Of a DNA stretch of 64,000 nt, positions 1 to 15,290 are shown one piece after another. The notes beneath the pieces are model-generated. The model did not search any database. It was not told where the DNA came from and saw nothing but the letters and a program-made list of their open reading frames with translations. The stretch lies in assembly GCF_009914755.1 (NCBI RefSeq), contig NC_060939.1; one strand, written 5' to 3'. Every line of letters begins with the position of its first letter. Position 1 is the first letter of the stretch. This DNA comes from the human T2T-CHM13v2.0 reference genome, Homo sapiens. The translations under genes and the position numbers were made by a program.

Positions 1-1116
1 GGTGTGGCAGTGGGCTTATGCTCATGGAATTCACTGGTCTTACCATGTTCTCCATCATCCTGAAGAGGCTGCAAAGAACGGTGGAATGGCCTTTTGAAGT
101 CACAATTACAATGCCAACTAGGTGACAACACTTTGCAGGGCTGAGGCAAAGTTCTCCAGCAGGCCGTATATGTTCTGAATTAGCATCCAATATACGGTAC
201 TGTTTCTCCCATAGCCAGGATTCACGGTCCAGGAATCAAGGGGTGAAACTGAACTGACACCACTCACCATCACCCCTAGTGATCCCCTAGCAAAATTTTT
301 GCTTCCTGTTCCCCCGACATTACATTCTGCTGGCCTGGAGATCTTAGTTCCAGAGGGAGAAATGCTGCCACCAGGAGACACAATGATTCCATTAAACTGG
401 AAGATTGGTACCCACCTGGACACTTTGGGCTCCTCCCACCTTTAAGTCAACAGGCCAAGAAGGGAGTTACAGTGTTGACTGGGGTGACTGACCTGGACTA
501 TCAAGATGAAATCAGTCTACTACTCCACAAAGGAGGTAAGGAAGAGTATGCATGGAATACAGGAGATCCATTAGGGCGTCTCTTAGTATCACCATGCCCT
601 GTGACTAAGGTCAATGGGAAACTACAACAGCCCAATCCAGGCAGGACTACAAATGACCCAGACCATTCAGGAATGAAGGTTTGGGTCACTCCACCAAGAA
701 AAAACCGACGTCTTGCTGAGGTGCTTGCTGAAGGCAAAGGGAATACAGAACGGGTAGTAGAAAAAGGTAGTTATCGATACCAGCTACAACCATGTGACCA
801 GCTGCAGAAATGAAGTCTGTAATTATTTCCTCCTTTTTTTGCTAAAAACATGTTTGTGCATGTATACACTTGTACTAAGAAAGTATATTTCCTTTTCCTT
901 TATCATGTGACATAACATTTATTGACTTCATATCAGCATGTTAAGTATTGTTAACTTTATGTAATAGTATTTGGGTTGGGGATTGGTGTATTTCTGGTTG
1001 TACGAAGGATAGCTGTAGTATGTTAGGGGTAATTATGACCTTATTATTGTCTTTATTTGAAGACTATGTGTGTTCTCAGGAGATGTGTATGGGTTCAAGT
1101 TGACTTGGGGTGGACT
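1..1116 (+). mobile_element. HERV-L (ERVL) internal region, 3' part: integrase end, dUTPase remnant, polypurine tract
   Basis: Matches recalled HERVL sequence; ORF 472-813 has GVTDLDYQDEI resembling dUTPase motif 3 (GxIDxDYxGEI); followed directly by GGGGTGGAC and an LTR; frames are disrupted. Confidence 0.88.
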
Positions 1117-1589
1117 TGTGATGGTTGATACTGAGTGTCAACTTGATTAGATTAAAGGATACAAAGTATTGATCCTGGATGTGTCTGTGAGGGTGTTGCC
1201 AAAAGAGTTTAACATTTGGGTCAGGGGGCTGGGGAAGGCAGATCCACCCTTAATCTGGTGGGCACAATCTAATCAGCTGCCAGCAAATACAAAGCAGGCA
1301 GAAAAACATGAAAAGGAGAGGTGGGCCTAGGCTCCCAGCCTACATCTTTCTCCTGTGCTAGATGCTTCCTGCCCTGGAACATCAGACCCCAAGTTCTTCA
1401 GTTTTGGGACTGGGACTGGCTCTCCTTGCTCCTCAGCTTGCGGACAGCCTATTGTGGGATGTTGTGATTACGTAAGTTAATACTTAATAAACTCCCCTAT
1501 ATATATATGCACACATACATACACACACACTACTTAATAAACTCCCATATATATGTATGTGTGTATCTCCTCTACAGAACCCTAATACA
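1117..1589 (+). mobile_element. MLT2A (MLT2A1/A2) 3' LTR of the HERV-L
   Basis: Starts TGTGATGGTTGATACTGAGTGTCAACTTGA and ends CCCTAATACA (TG...CA); internal AATAAA and (TA/CA)n typical of MLT2A. Confidence 0.88.
1144..1154 (-). promoter_or_regulatory. Perfect DUX4-type double-homeodomain motif TAATCTAATCA inside the MLT2A LTR
   Basis: + strand TGATTAGATTA at 1144-1154 is the reverse complement of TAATCTAATCA; a second near-match CAATCTAATCA lies at 1265-1275. Binding itself is not shown. Confidence 0.6.
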
Positions 1590-2150
1590 TGGCTGCATGA
1601 CCTTGTGCTAAAACTCATTCAATCGCACACTTTAAATGGGTGAATTATATGGCATGTGAATTCTATCTTTATAAAGCTGCTTAGAAAAGAAACAATACTT
1701 CTATGAATGGCTTTGTACATGTCTTCTTATGCATAGATATAATGTCCTACCAGGTCAGCTACTGTGAGAATCACTGAGACAAACACAGGTGCTGCTTAGT
1801 TGACCTTGGTTTAAATACTATTTAAGCCAACCAACACTATACGAGAGTAAACGTTTACTCAAAGATTTCTAAATACTTGACAAAATCAATCTTCTTAGTA
1901 TTTGCTAATCCATTTGGTGAAAAGATGTTGTCACAAGTTGAATTTGCATTTCCCTGATAACCAACAAGGCTCAGCGTCCTATACACTTATTGACCATTTG
2001 TTTTCCCTTTTCAGTTAATGGCCTTGTTCTTAAGCTTTGCCCATTTTTCTACCATCTTTTATTTAGTTATGATGCAGTAGTTTAAAAAATGTCCATAACA
2101 TATATTACTATAATTTGATAATATTTGGACTCAGACTCTTTACTTACTAG

Positions 2151-2510
<360 letters not shown>

Positions 2511-2532
2511 TTATTGCATGGTTTTGATAGTC

Positions 2533-2751
2533 TTTTTTTTTTTTGAGACAGGGTCTCAGTCTGTTGCCCAGGATGGAGTGCAGTGGCGTGATCTCAGCTA
2601 ACTGTAACCTCTGCACCCCCACCCCAGCTCATGCAATCCTCCTGCCCCCGCTTCCTGAGTAGTGGGGACTTCAGGCACACACCACCGTGTCTACCTGATT
2701 TTTTTGTATTTTTTGTAGAGGCAGGGTTTCGCCATGTTGCTCAGGCTGGTC
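2533..2751 (-). mobile_element. 5'-truncated Alu (AluJ-like)
   Basis: Poly-T, GAGACAGGGTCTC...; flanked by the direct repeat TGATAGTC (probable TSD). Confidence 0.85.
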
Positions 2752-4304
2752 TGATAGTCATATTTTTAATTTTTGAGATCTCTTTTTTGTTTTCTGATTG
2801 TTCCTTCCCATGGCATTCTGTTCTTGTTTTGTGGCTACGATATCATCTTAAATCTTTCTACAAATAGTTATTAGAGAACTTATATTATTTGAGTTACTTT
2901 TTCTCGTTAGTCTTTTTTTTTTTTTTTTTTCAGTTCATCTTGGTTTTTCTCATTTGTGTTGCAGACTCTCCTTCAAGAACCAGGAGGCTGCAGCTGGGTG
3001 GTCTCCCGTGGGGATGCGCAGGGTTTGCTTACTCTCAGGATTGGCTTTCTGCTGGGTGCAGGGAGCTGTTGCTGTGTTGGCAACCAAAATACCAGAATGA
3101 AGAGGCGTTTCCTAGAGGTGCTGTGTTGTGGGAAAACTCCTAGAGCTGCTGTGTTATGGTGCTGGCCACAAATATTTCCAAGTCTTTCTCTGGAAATATG
3201 GAAGTAACACATTTCACCGGCCACTTAAACGTGTGTGACCATGTGACTTGAAGAGTAAAATGTAAGTGAAAATGAGGTGTGTCGCTTCCCCGCAGGAGCC
3301 TGAAGCACATCAGGGCCTGGTTTGCCATACTCCCTTTCCTTGCCAAGGTGACTGTGGCAGCCTGTGAACAGATAAAGTCTCTGCCAGCCTAGTTCCAGGA
3401 GTGACCTCACTCTGCAGGGCCTCCTGCTGACCCACAGTGTGCAAGCAGCAGGGGCTGGAAGCAGACTTTTGTGTTAAGCCACTGAGATCTAGGAGGCACT
3501 TTTACTTTAGTTTTGTTTGCTTGTTTATTTCAGCAAAACCAAGTATATTCATTCTGTTCCATCCATAGAGGAACTTCCACCTGAGATGTCCTTCTTCTCC
3601 CTAAACCTTTCAAGAAGTTCCTTTTCATTCATTTTCAGGTTATCTTTGGAAGACCTGAAAACAACCACATGTTCAATCATCCAGAAAGAAAGTTTCTCAG
3701 TCAGAAAGTTTAGCAGTGTCCTTCAGCCTTGACAGCAAATGCCTTGGCATTGTTACCACAGACCTAGCCTTGGATGTTTACAAATAAATGTCCTGCAGGA
3801 TGTTTGGAGAGACTTCACAAATGTAAACAAAGTCTAGTTTGAGGGCAGTTGGTGCCTTATTGTTGTGCCCTGATCCCCAGGCAGTTGTGTGGTCATCTAG
3901 TATGATGCTTTCCAACCACATGTGACTTGGGAATAGTGATGCTGGCATGCCAGAGCAGCTGGCACTTGGCCCTTCCCCCTCCAGTGGCTCTAGAGCAAGG
4001 GCAAGGTTTTTGAGCCAAGATGACCAAATAGGAACAGCTCCAGTCTACAGCTCCCAGTGTGAGCGATGAAGAAGACGGGTGATTTCTGCATTTCCAACTG
4101 AGGTACCGGGTTCATCTCACTGGGGAGTGCTGGACAGTGGGTGCAGGACAGTGGGTGCAGTGCACCGTGAGTGAGCCGAAGCAGGGTGAGGCATCACCTC
4201 ACCTGGGAAGTGAAAGGGGTCAGGGAATTCCCCTTCCTAGTCAAAGAAAGGGGTGACAGACGGCACCTGGAAAATCGGGTCACTCCCACCCTAATACCGC
4301 ACTC

Positions 4305-4457
4305 TTACAATGGGCTTAACAAATGGCACACTGGGAGATTATATCCCGCGCATGGCTGGGAGGGTCCCATGCCCACAGAGCCTCGCTCATTGCTAGCACA
4401 GCAGTCTGAGATCAAACTGCAAGGTGGCAGCGAGGCTGGGGGTGGGGTGTCCGCCAT
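4305..4457 (-). other. L1 ORF0 homolog (antisense 5'UTR ORF), 50 aa, cut short by a stop
   Basis: GCAATGG start context; MADTPPPASLPPCSLISDCCASNERGSVGMGPSQPCAGYNLPVCHLLSPL*; resembles recalled L1HS ORF0 (MAGAPPPASLPPCSLISDCCASN...). Confidence 0.75.
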
Positions 4458-5033
4458 TGCCGAGGCTTGAGTAGGTAAACAAAGCCGACGGGAAGCTCGA
4501 ACTGGGTGGAGCCCACCACAGCTCAAGGAGGCTTGCCTGCCTCTGTAGACTCCACCTCTGGGGGCAGGGCACAGACAAACAAAAGGCAGGAGAAACCTCT
4601 GCAGACTTAAATGTCCCTTTCTGACAGCCTTGAAGAGAGTAGTAGTTCTCCCAGCATGCAGCTTGAGATCTGAGAACAGGCAGACTGCCTCCTCAAGTTG
4701 GGTCCCTGACCCCCGAGTAGCCTAAATGGGAGGCACCCCCCTGTAGGGGCGGACTGACACCTCACACGACTGGGTACTCCTCCAAGACAAAACTTCCAGA
4801 GGAACGATCAGGCAGCAGCATTTGCAATTCACCAATAGGCGCTGTTCTGCAGCCACCGCTCCTGATACCCAGGCAAACAGGGTCTGCAGTGGAACTCCAG
4901 CAAAATCTAACAGACCTGTAGCTGAGGGTCCTCACTGTCAGAAGGAAAACTAGCAAACAGAAAGGACATCCACACCAAAAACCCATCTGTACATCACCAT
5001 CATCAAAGACCAAAGGTAGATAAAACCACCAAC

Positions 5034-6053
5034 ATGGGGAAAAAACAGTGCAGAAAAACTGGAAACGCTAAAAATCGGAGTGCCTCTCCTCCTCCAAAGG
5101 AACACAGCTCCTCACCAGCAATGGAACAAAGCTGGATGGAGAATGACTTTGATGAGCTGACAGAAGAAGGCTTCAAAAGATCAAACTACTCCAAGCTAAA
5201 GGAGGAAGTTCGAACCTATGGCAAAGAAGTTAAAAACCTTGAAAAAAAATTAGACGAATGGCTAACTAGAATAACCAATGCAGAGAAGTCCTTAAAGGAC
5301 CTGAGGGAGCTGAAAGCCATGGCACAAGAACTACGTGACAAATGCACAAGGCCTCAGTAGCCGACGTGATCAACTGGAAGAAAGGGTATCAGCGATGGAA
5401 GATGAAAGAATGAAATGAAGTGAGAAGAGAAGTTTAGAGAAAAAAGAATAAAAAGAAACGAACAAAGCCTCCAAGAAATATGGGACTATGTGAAAAGACC
5501 AAATCTACGTCTGATTGGTGGACCTGAAAGTGACGGGGAAAATGGAGCCAAGTTGGAAAACACTCTGCAGGATATTATCCAGGAGAACTTCCCTAATCTA
5601 GCAAGGCAGGCCAACACTCAAATTCAGGAAATACAGAGAACACCACAAAGATACTCCTCGAGAAGAGCGACTCCAAGACACATAATTGTCAGATTCACCA
5701 AAGTTGAAATCAAGGAAAAAATGTTAAGGGCAGCCAGAGAGAAAGGTCGGGTTACCCACAAAGGCAAGCCCATCATCAGACGAAGAGCTGATCTCTCGGC
5801 AGAAACTCTACAAGCCAGAAGAGAGTGGGGGCCAATATTCAACATTCTTAAAGAAAAGAATTTTCAACCCAGAATTTCATATCCAGCCAAACTAAGCTTC
5901 ATAAGTGAAGGAGAAATAAAATACTATACAGACAAGCAAATGCTGAGAGATTTTGTCACCACCAGGCCTGCCCTACAAGAGCTCTTGAAGGAAGCACTAA
6001 ACATGGAAAGGAACAACTGGTAACAGCCACTGCAAAAACAAGCCAAATTGTAA
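5034..6053 (+). pseudogene. L1 ORF1 remnant (frameshifted, with premature stops)
   Basis: Split into ORFs 5034-5360 and 5490-6023 (RPNLRLIG...ARREW...YPAKLSF motifs). Confidence 0.92.
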
Positions 6054-6116
6054 AGACCATCAAAGCTAGGAAGAAACTGCATCAACTAATGAGCAAAATA
6101 ACCAGCTAATATCATA

Positions 6117-9909
<3,793 letters not shown>

Positions 9910-10875
9910 CTCAAAGGTGGGAATTGAACAATGAGAACACATGGACACAGGAAGGGGAACATCACACACTGGGGACTGTTGTGGGGTGGGGGGAGGGGGG
10001 AGGGATAGCATTAGGAGATATACCTAATGTTAAATGACGAGTTAATGGGTGCAGCACACCAAGATGGCACTTGTATACATATGTAACAAACCTGCCTGTT
10101 GTGCACATGTACCCTAGAACTTAAAAGTATAATAATAAAATTAAAAAAAAAAAAACAAAATAAAATTCAGAAATAAATTGGAAAAAAAATTGTGTTTGCT
10201 CTAGGATTCCTTCTCTACTGAAAAATTCTGGCCACAAGAAAACCAGCTTTTAGGATTGTGGCACAAAATATTCTACAGCAAATCTCTCTTAGAGAAATCC
10301 ATTCCTTCTGGGGAGTTTCAACTGTGATTGGATTCCAGGCATATGGAATCCAAGGCAGTAAAATGTCAAAAACTGAGATAAAAGTTGTTCGGGGTCAAAG
10401 TGATTAGAATCTTTTTCAGAGGAATCTCCACTCAAACTACCAAACATACCTGCAAACAAGATCCGCTTGTGGGGGATGAGCTGTTCTTGAAGGAAGCTGC
10501 TGTTGTATGGAAACTTTTGCAACTAACAAACCTTGGCATTGGGATCACCGATCTGCAGAATCCGACAGAGCTGATGGGGCCCTGATCAATTCCTTTCCCT
10601 CATTCCACAGCAAGGTCCCTGTGCAGCTGATGCATGGTATCCACATCTATTCTTAAGCTTAACTTTGCCACAGGATGCATCAGTGAAAAGACATCCGTTT
10701 TCTGTCTTTTCTCATGTGCCCCTGGTGGAGGTGCTGATGAAAGGCAGTTCAGGGCGGACTCGGTACCCAAGTGAGCCCACCCTCAGGTGACCTCTCAACG
10801 CAGGGCAGTCCTTATGCATGCGCTCTGCTAACCGTCCTACGACAAGTTTCTCTGTTCATGATAAAAAGGAAACCA

Positions 10876-11158
10876 GCTGGGCGCAGTGGCTCACGCCTGT
10901 AATTCCAGCACTTTGGGAGGCTGAGGCGGGTGGATCATGAGGTCAGGAGTTCAAGACTAGCCTGAATGACACGGTGAAACCCCATCTCTACTAAATAATA
11001 CAAAAAATTAGCCAGGTGTGGTGGTGCATGCCAGTAATCTCAGCTACTCAGGAGGCTGAGGCGGGGGAATAGCTTGAACCCGGGAGGCGGAGGTTGCAAT
11101 GAGCCGAGATCGTGCCACTGCATTCCAGCCTGGGAGGCAGAGTGAGTCTCCGTCTCAA

Positions 11159-11193
<35 letters not shown>
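10876..11193 (+). mobile_element. Alu (AluS) with a long (~33 nt) pure poly-A tail
   Basis: GCTGGGCGCAGTGGCTCAC...CCGTCTC plus A-tail; degenerate TSD AAAGGAAACCA / AAAGGGTAACCA. Confidence 0.95.
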
Positions 11194-11196
<3 letters not shown>

Positions 11197-14100
11197 TAAC
11201 CAATGAAAAAGACAGTCCCTGAACTGAAAGGCAGGCCCTCTGTCCACAAACCGGGGAAACTGCCTCGAGCTCACAGTCCTCCAACCCCTGCTCTGACGCA
11301 GAGCTCAAAGTCCACCTGAGGCAGGTGTGAAGAGCCACCAAGAAGGGAAAGAGTACCACCACCAAGTCCCAAAGCACCCTGGCGTCTCTCAGGCCAGATA
11401 CCCCCGATGTGGATGCCAGATACCACCACACTGCCGAAGCATGAAGAATAATTATGAGGTAGGATTTACTCTCAGAATTTACAAGGTAGATTCACATTTT
11501 AGGTAAGGCTTTATCTTTGGAGTGATTTCCCATTCCAGCTTCAGCCACCAAGCAGGAGAAATCCAGTTACAGGAACATGATTTGGTTTCATGAGGAAGCC
11601 ATGGATAAAATCCAATGCCTTTGCCGTGGTTCCAGGAGAACATGCCATTTCTGCCCTAAGGACCAGTAGTAAGAAGGAACTTCAAAGTGATGTTGACCTT
11701 TAACCTGTCTCAAATCTTCCAGAGTTACTATTACTAGGCTATGAGCAATTTCCCTGTGAAGTCATTTGTGTCTGAATTTCTCAAGTAGACTTGCTGTGAG
11801 ATGTCTTGGGGCTCCCATTTTTCCTCATGTTTTCAGGAGCATTAACCATCTTTGGAAGAAAACCATCGGACTGAAAAGGTACCATGATGGACTAGAGGTA
11901 AAACTCTGGCTACGTGTACTTGGACTCTTTCCCCTGAAATCAGAGTTCTTTTTTTTTGTTTAGTAAATAGATCATAAAATATTTGGAGAGGCATTTGTTT
12001 TATTTTTCTCTTCTTACAAAAGTTATTCACAAGAATATTACTATCTTACGTTTCTCCCTAATGGTGGTTCCTGGGTCTAATGGAAAAGAACTCATTGTTT
12101 GGGAAACCCGTGAGGCTAGACTGTGCCTTGGTTCGCCCCTCAGAATGGGAGGTCAGTGTAGACAAACGAAGACCAGAAGGGTGTTACCAAATGCCCCTCT
12201 GCCTGTAGGGACACCAGTCCTGAAATATGAAAACTTTTCTATGGAAGAAGGTGCCAGCGAAGGCTAAATTCTCTGGCATGTCTAGGTATTTTCTGCCAGA
12301 GCACACGGTGTGCTTGAGGGGAAAGAAAACTTACCCCCAGCAGGCTAGGGTACGTTTCCATTTGACTCTGTCTTTTATAGCTTTAAAATTGGTTTCATCT
12401 TACAGTTTTTCTGATGGTAATCAGTCTTCAACGTCAGTTTATGTAAGCATTTAATGGCCTCTGAGTTTATCCATGGCTTCGCACACAACTTACTCCCATT
12501 GATTCTATTCAGAAAACACTCAGACGCGTGAGCCAGGCAAGAGCCACACCAAGCATGTCACTGCTGGGACGACACGTAACATCCAGCATCTTACATGAGA
12601 AACACTTGGGAACAGCCTCTGCCATCACACATGTGGATACCTTCGTACAGAGATCATTCTTAACTGAGAAAAAGAAATACGTTGTAATTGGTTTATGTGC
12701 ACATTTTACGATTCTTCATCACAGTGTAAAGAAGCCTCATTTTGTACCATAAGCCCCAACAGTGAATTTCCACCCCCACGAGATTCCACACCCCACACTA
12801 CACAGAGCATGGAACCTGGCATGTGGCAGGGGCTCTAGAGGTAATTACTGAACAAATATGTGACACATGGATCTATCCACATTCAAAAGGGATCCTCACC
12901 CCACCCTTTCTTTTAAGGATTACGTGAAAAGGTTCTCGCAAGAACACAAAGCAAAGGGATCCAAAGCCCACAGGTATCCTTGGCTGGTTCTCAGTGAGGA
13001 CTTCAGTCCGGGTGTGTCCTGGCTGTGCATGGGCTGGTCACCTGGAGACTGACCAGCCACCTTTTTAGTGCCAAGGAGCAGGGTGGAATAAAGATAATAT
13101 TGTTAAAATGGCAATTTAATGAAATGAAAGCATCACACTCAAATTACTAGGTTCAGATAACTCAGCTGTCTTGAGCCAGCCCAAGGCATGAGCATTTTGA
13201 AGCCCATCCATCAGAAAAGCAATATGATAGCCAAGTTGAGTTGATTCCTTCCATAGATAAGTAGCTGAGGACCTCATTTGTTCAAAGTTTGGAAGCAACA
13301 GGCTGGAGGGCGATAAACGCCCTACACTCAGGATGCCACTTCCCCTGGTGCCACATTGGGACCTGTCATGACAGAGAGGGAGATTTGGCTCTGCTGGGCT
13401 GGACACTTCGCCACGTGTGGGTCTGCCCTGGATTCTCAGCTCAGGAACTTTGGTAAGAGGACCCACAGGAGTTCAGGCAGGGGTCAGGACTTCACAAAAT
13501 TGGGCAAAAATCCAGCATTTGATTCCGCTTTATCTTTCTGGTGTGGAGTTTCTCTTTGATATTCACCCTTAAGGGTGATAAGGCACTCCTCCTTCCCTCA
13601 TTCTTTAGGGGCAAGCAGAGATGAAAGTCAGCTTCCTATCTAAACTGATAGGCCTGGTGAATCCACCCACTCAGCTGCACTTGGTGTCACCAAGATGCCT
13701 CTTGACCTGGGGGCTTTCTACGATTTCCATGCTGGGTCTCGCAAGGATATGTTTCCCCTTCAGCCTGAAGTGTCCTCCCCCTACCCCCACTATCAGCTGA
13801 TTTCTACTTGTCCTTTAGTGCTGGGGGCTACCCTCAGCTTTTGGAGGCCTAGGTCTGGTGCCCCACCAGAACCTGGGGTCCCACAACACGCCTGCTGGGC
13901 TGCCTCCACCTCATGCTCACATAGGCTGATGCTGTCTGTTTGCCCGGGGGTCCCCTCCCTCGACTGTACCTGGGGTGGGGACAATAACTTATTTCTGTAT
14001 ACCTAGCGGTTAAAATGTAGTCATGCTGCATAAATAACCATTGTGTGAATGGGCTTGGGGGTAACCATTTGTATCTCTAAAGTGCATTCCAGTATGTCAG

Positions 14101-15081
14101 ACCATGATGACAAGTTTGTGCTGAATGAAACTATACTAGATAGGCAGCCAGTGACTCATTCTTGTGCAAATGAGTACTGCAGGCAGATTTTCAATATATA
14201 CAATCCATATGGATGTGGGCTCGTGGTCACAGACTCCAGCTGTGAGGATTTGAAAAACAAAAAACAAAAAACTGCTGTGTACCTTAAAATGAATGTGTGA
14301 CAATTGGCAATCACTCAGAATGACAGTCCAGGTAGGTGAAGCGAACGTGTGCTTATTTTTGCCTGAAGGTTTGCTGAGGCTTCTGTGCCTTGGCAGCTGG
14401 AAGGACACACACTAGGCTGCAAGCCAGGGTGGGAGCAGCTACCCAAGGAGGCTTCCAGTATGGTCCATCCTTCCATGGGGGACTCACTGTCATGGCCACA
14501 GGGGTCTGACCTCACATTCCAGACAGGGATGTGGCCCAGGCCGGAGTGGATGGAGAAGGGAAAGGGGTGAGCAGGAGAGGAGGACATTACTGTGGCCAGA
14601 TGAACAGGTCTGCCTAGGTCAAATCAAGGGCTGGTATACAGATCAGAGTCTGGGTAAAGGAAGACCACTTTTGACCTTAATCTGGGTTATCTCAGAAGTG
14701 AGATCCTATGTTAGTTAGATGTGTGGTAGAACTTTCCTTAGTGTTCTACATACAGAGTTGCCCAGGGTTGGCGATGGGAGTGGGCCTGGCTGTACCTGAC
14801 TTGTCTTCTACAGAATCACGCACTTGTAGTCAGTTCTCTTTATGGGAGCTCAGTACAATGTTCAATTTAATAAACAAAGGGTTCTAATGCTTCCATTAAA
14901 AAAGAAAAGCCAACAATAAGTAGTAATCCTTTACCAACTGCAGGAGTTTTGCTCCTAAATGTTGCCTCAGCAGCAATAGGCAAGGTCAAATTCTCATGGG
15001 AGCCCAGGAGCTGGGGTACCAATAGAGAAAATGGCATTAAGTATGTCAAAACCAGTAGCAGAAATGGGCAACGCTCTGGAG

Positions 15082-15290
15082 CTGTGCTGTCCAATAGAAC
15101 CTTCTGGAATGCTGGGAATATTGTCTGCCTGTGCTGCCCAATACAGGAGCCGCTGGCCGTGTGCAGCAACGGAGTACTCAAAATTTGCCCAGTGAGATGG
15201 AAAGATGAACTTTTAAGTTGGTTTCATTTTAATGAATTACAGTTTGGATCGTCTCCAGGGGCCAGTGGCTGCTGAACTGGACAGTGTAGC
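15082..15290. mobile_element. MER3-like hAT-Charlie MITE
   Basis: CTGTGCTGTCCAATAG... ...CTGGACAGTGTAG terminal inverted repeats. Confidence 0.7.

Noticed and set aside
472-813. 113-aa ORF as a functional dUTPase or domesticated gene
   Set aside because: Only a C-terminal fragment with a non-ATG start and altered motif 3; the upstream HERV-L frame is disrupted
4132-4160. Tandem GGACAGTGGGTGCA duplication in the L1 5'UTR
   Set aside because: As recalled, this is a normal feature of L1PA4/5-age consensus sequences, not copy-specific
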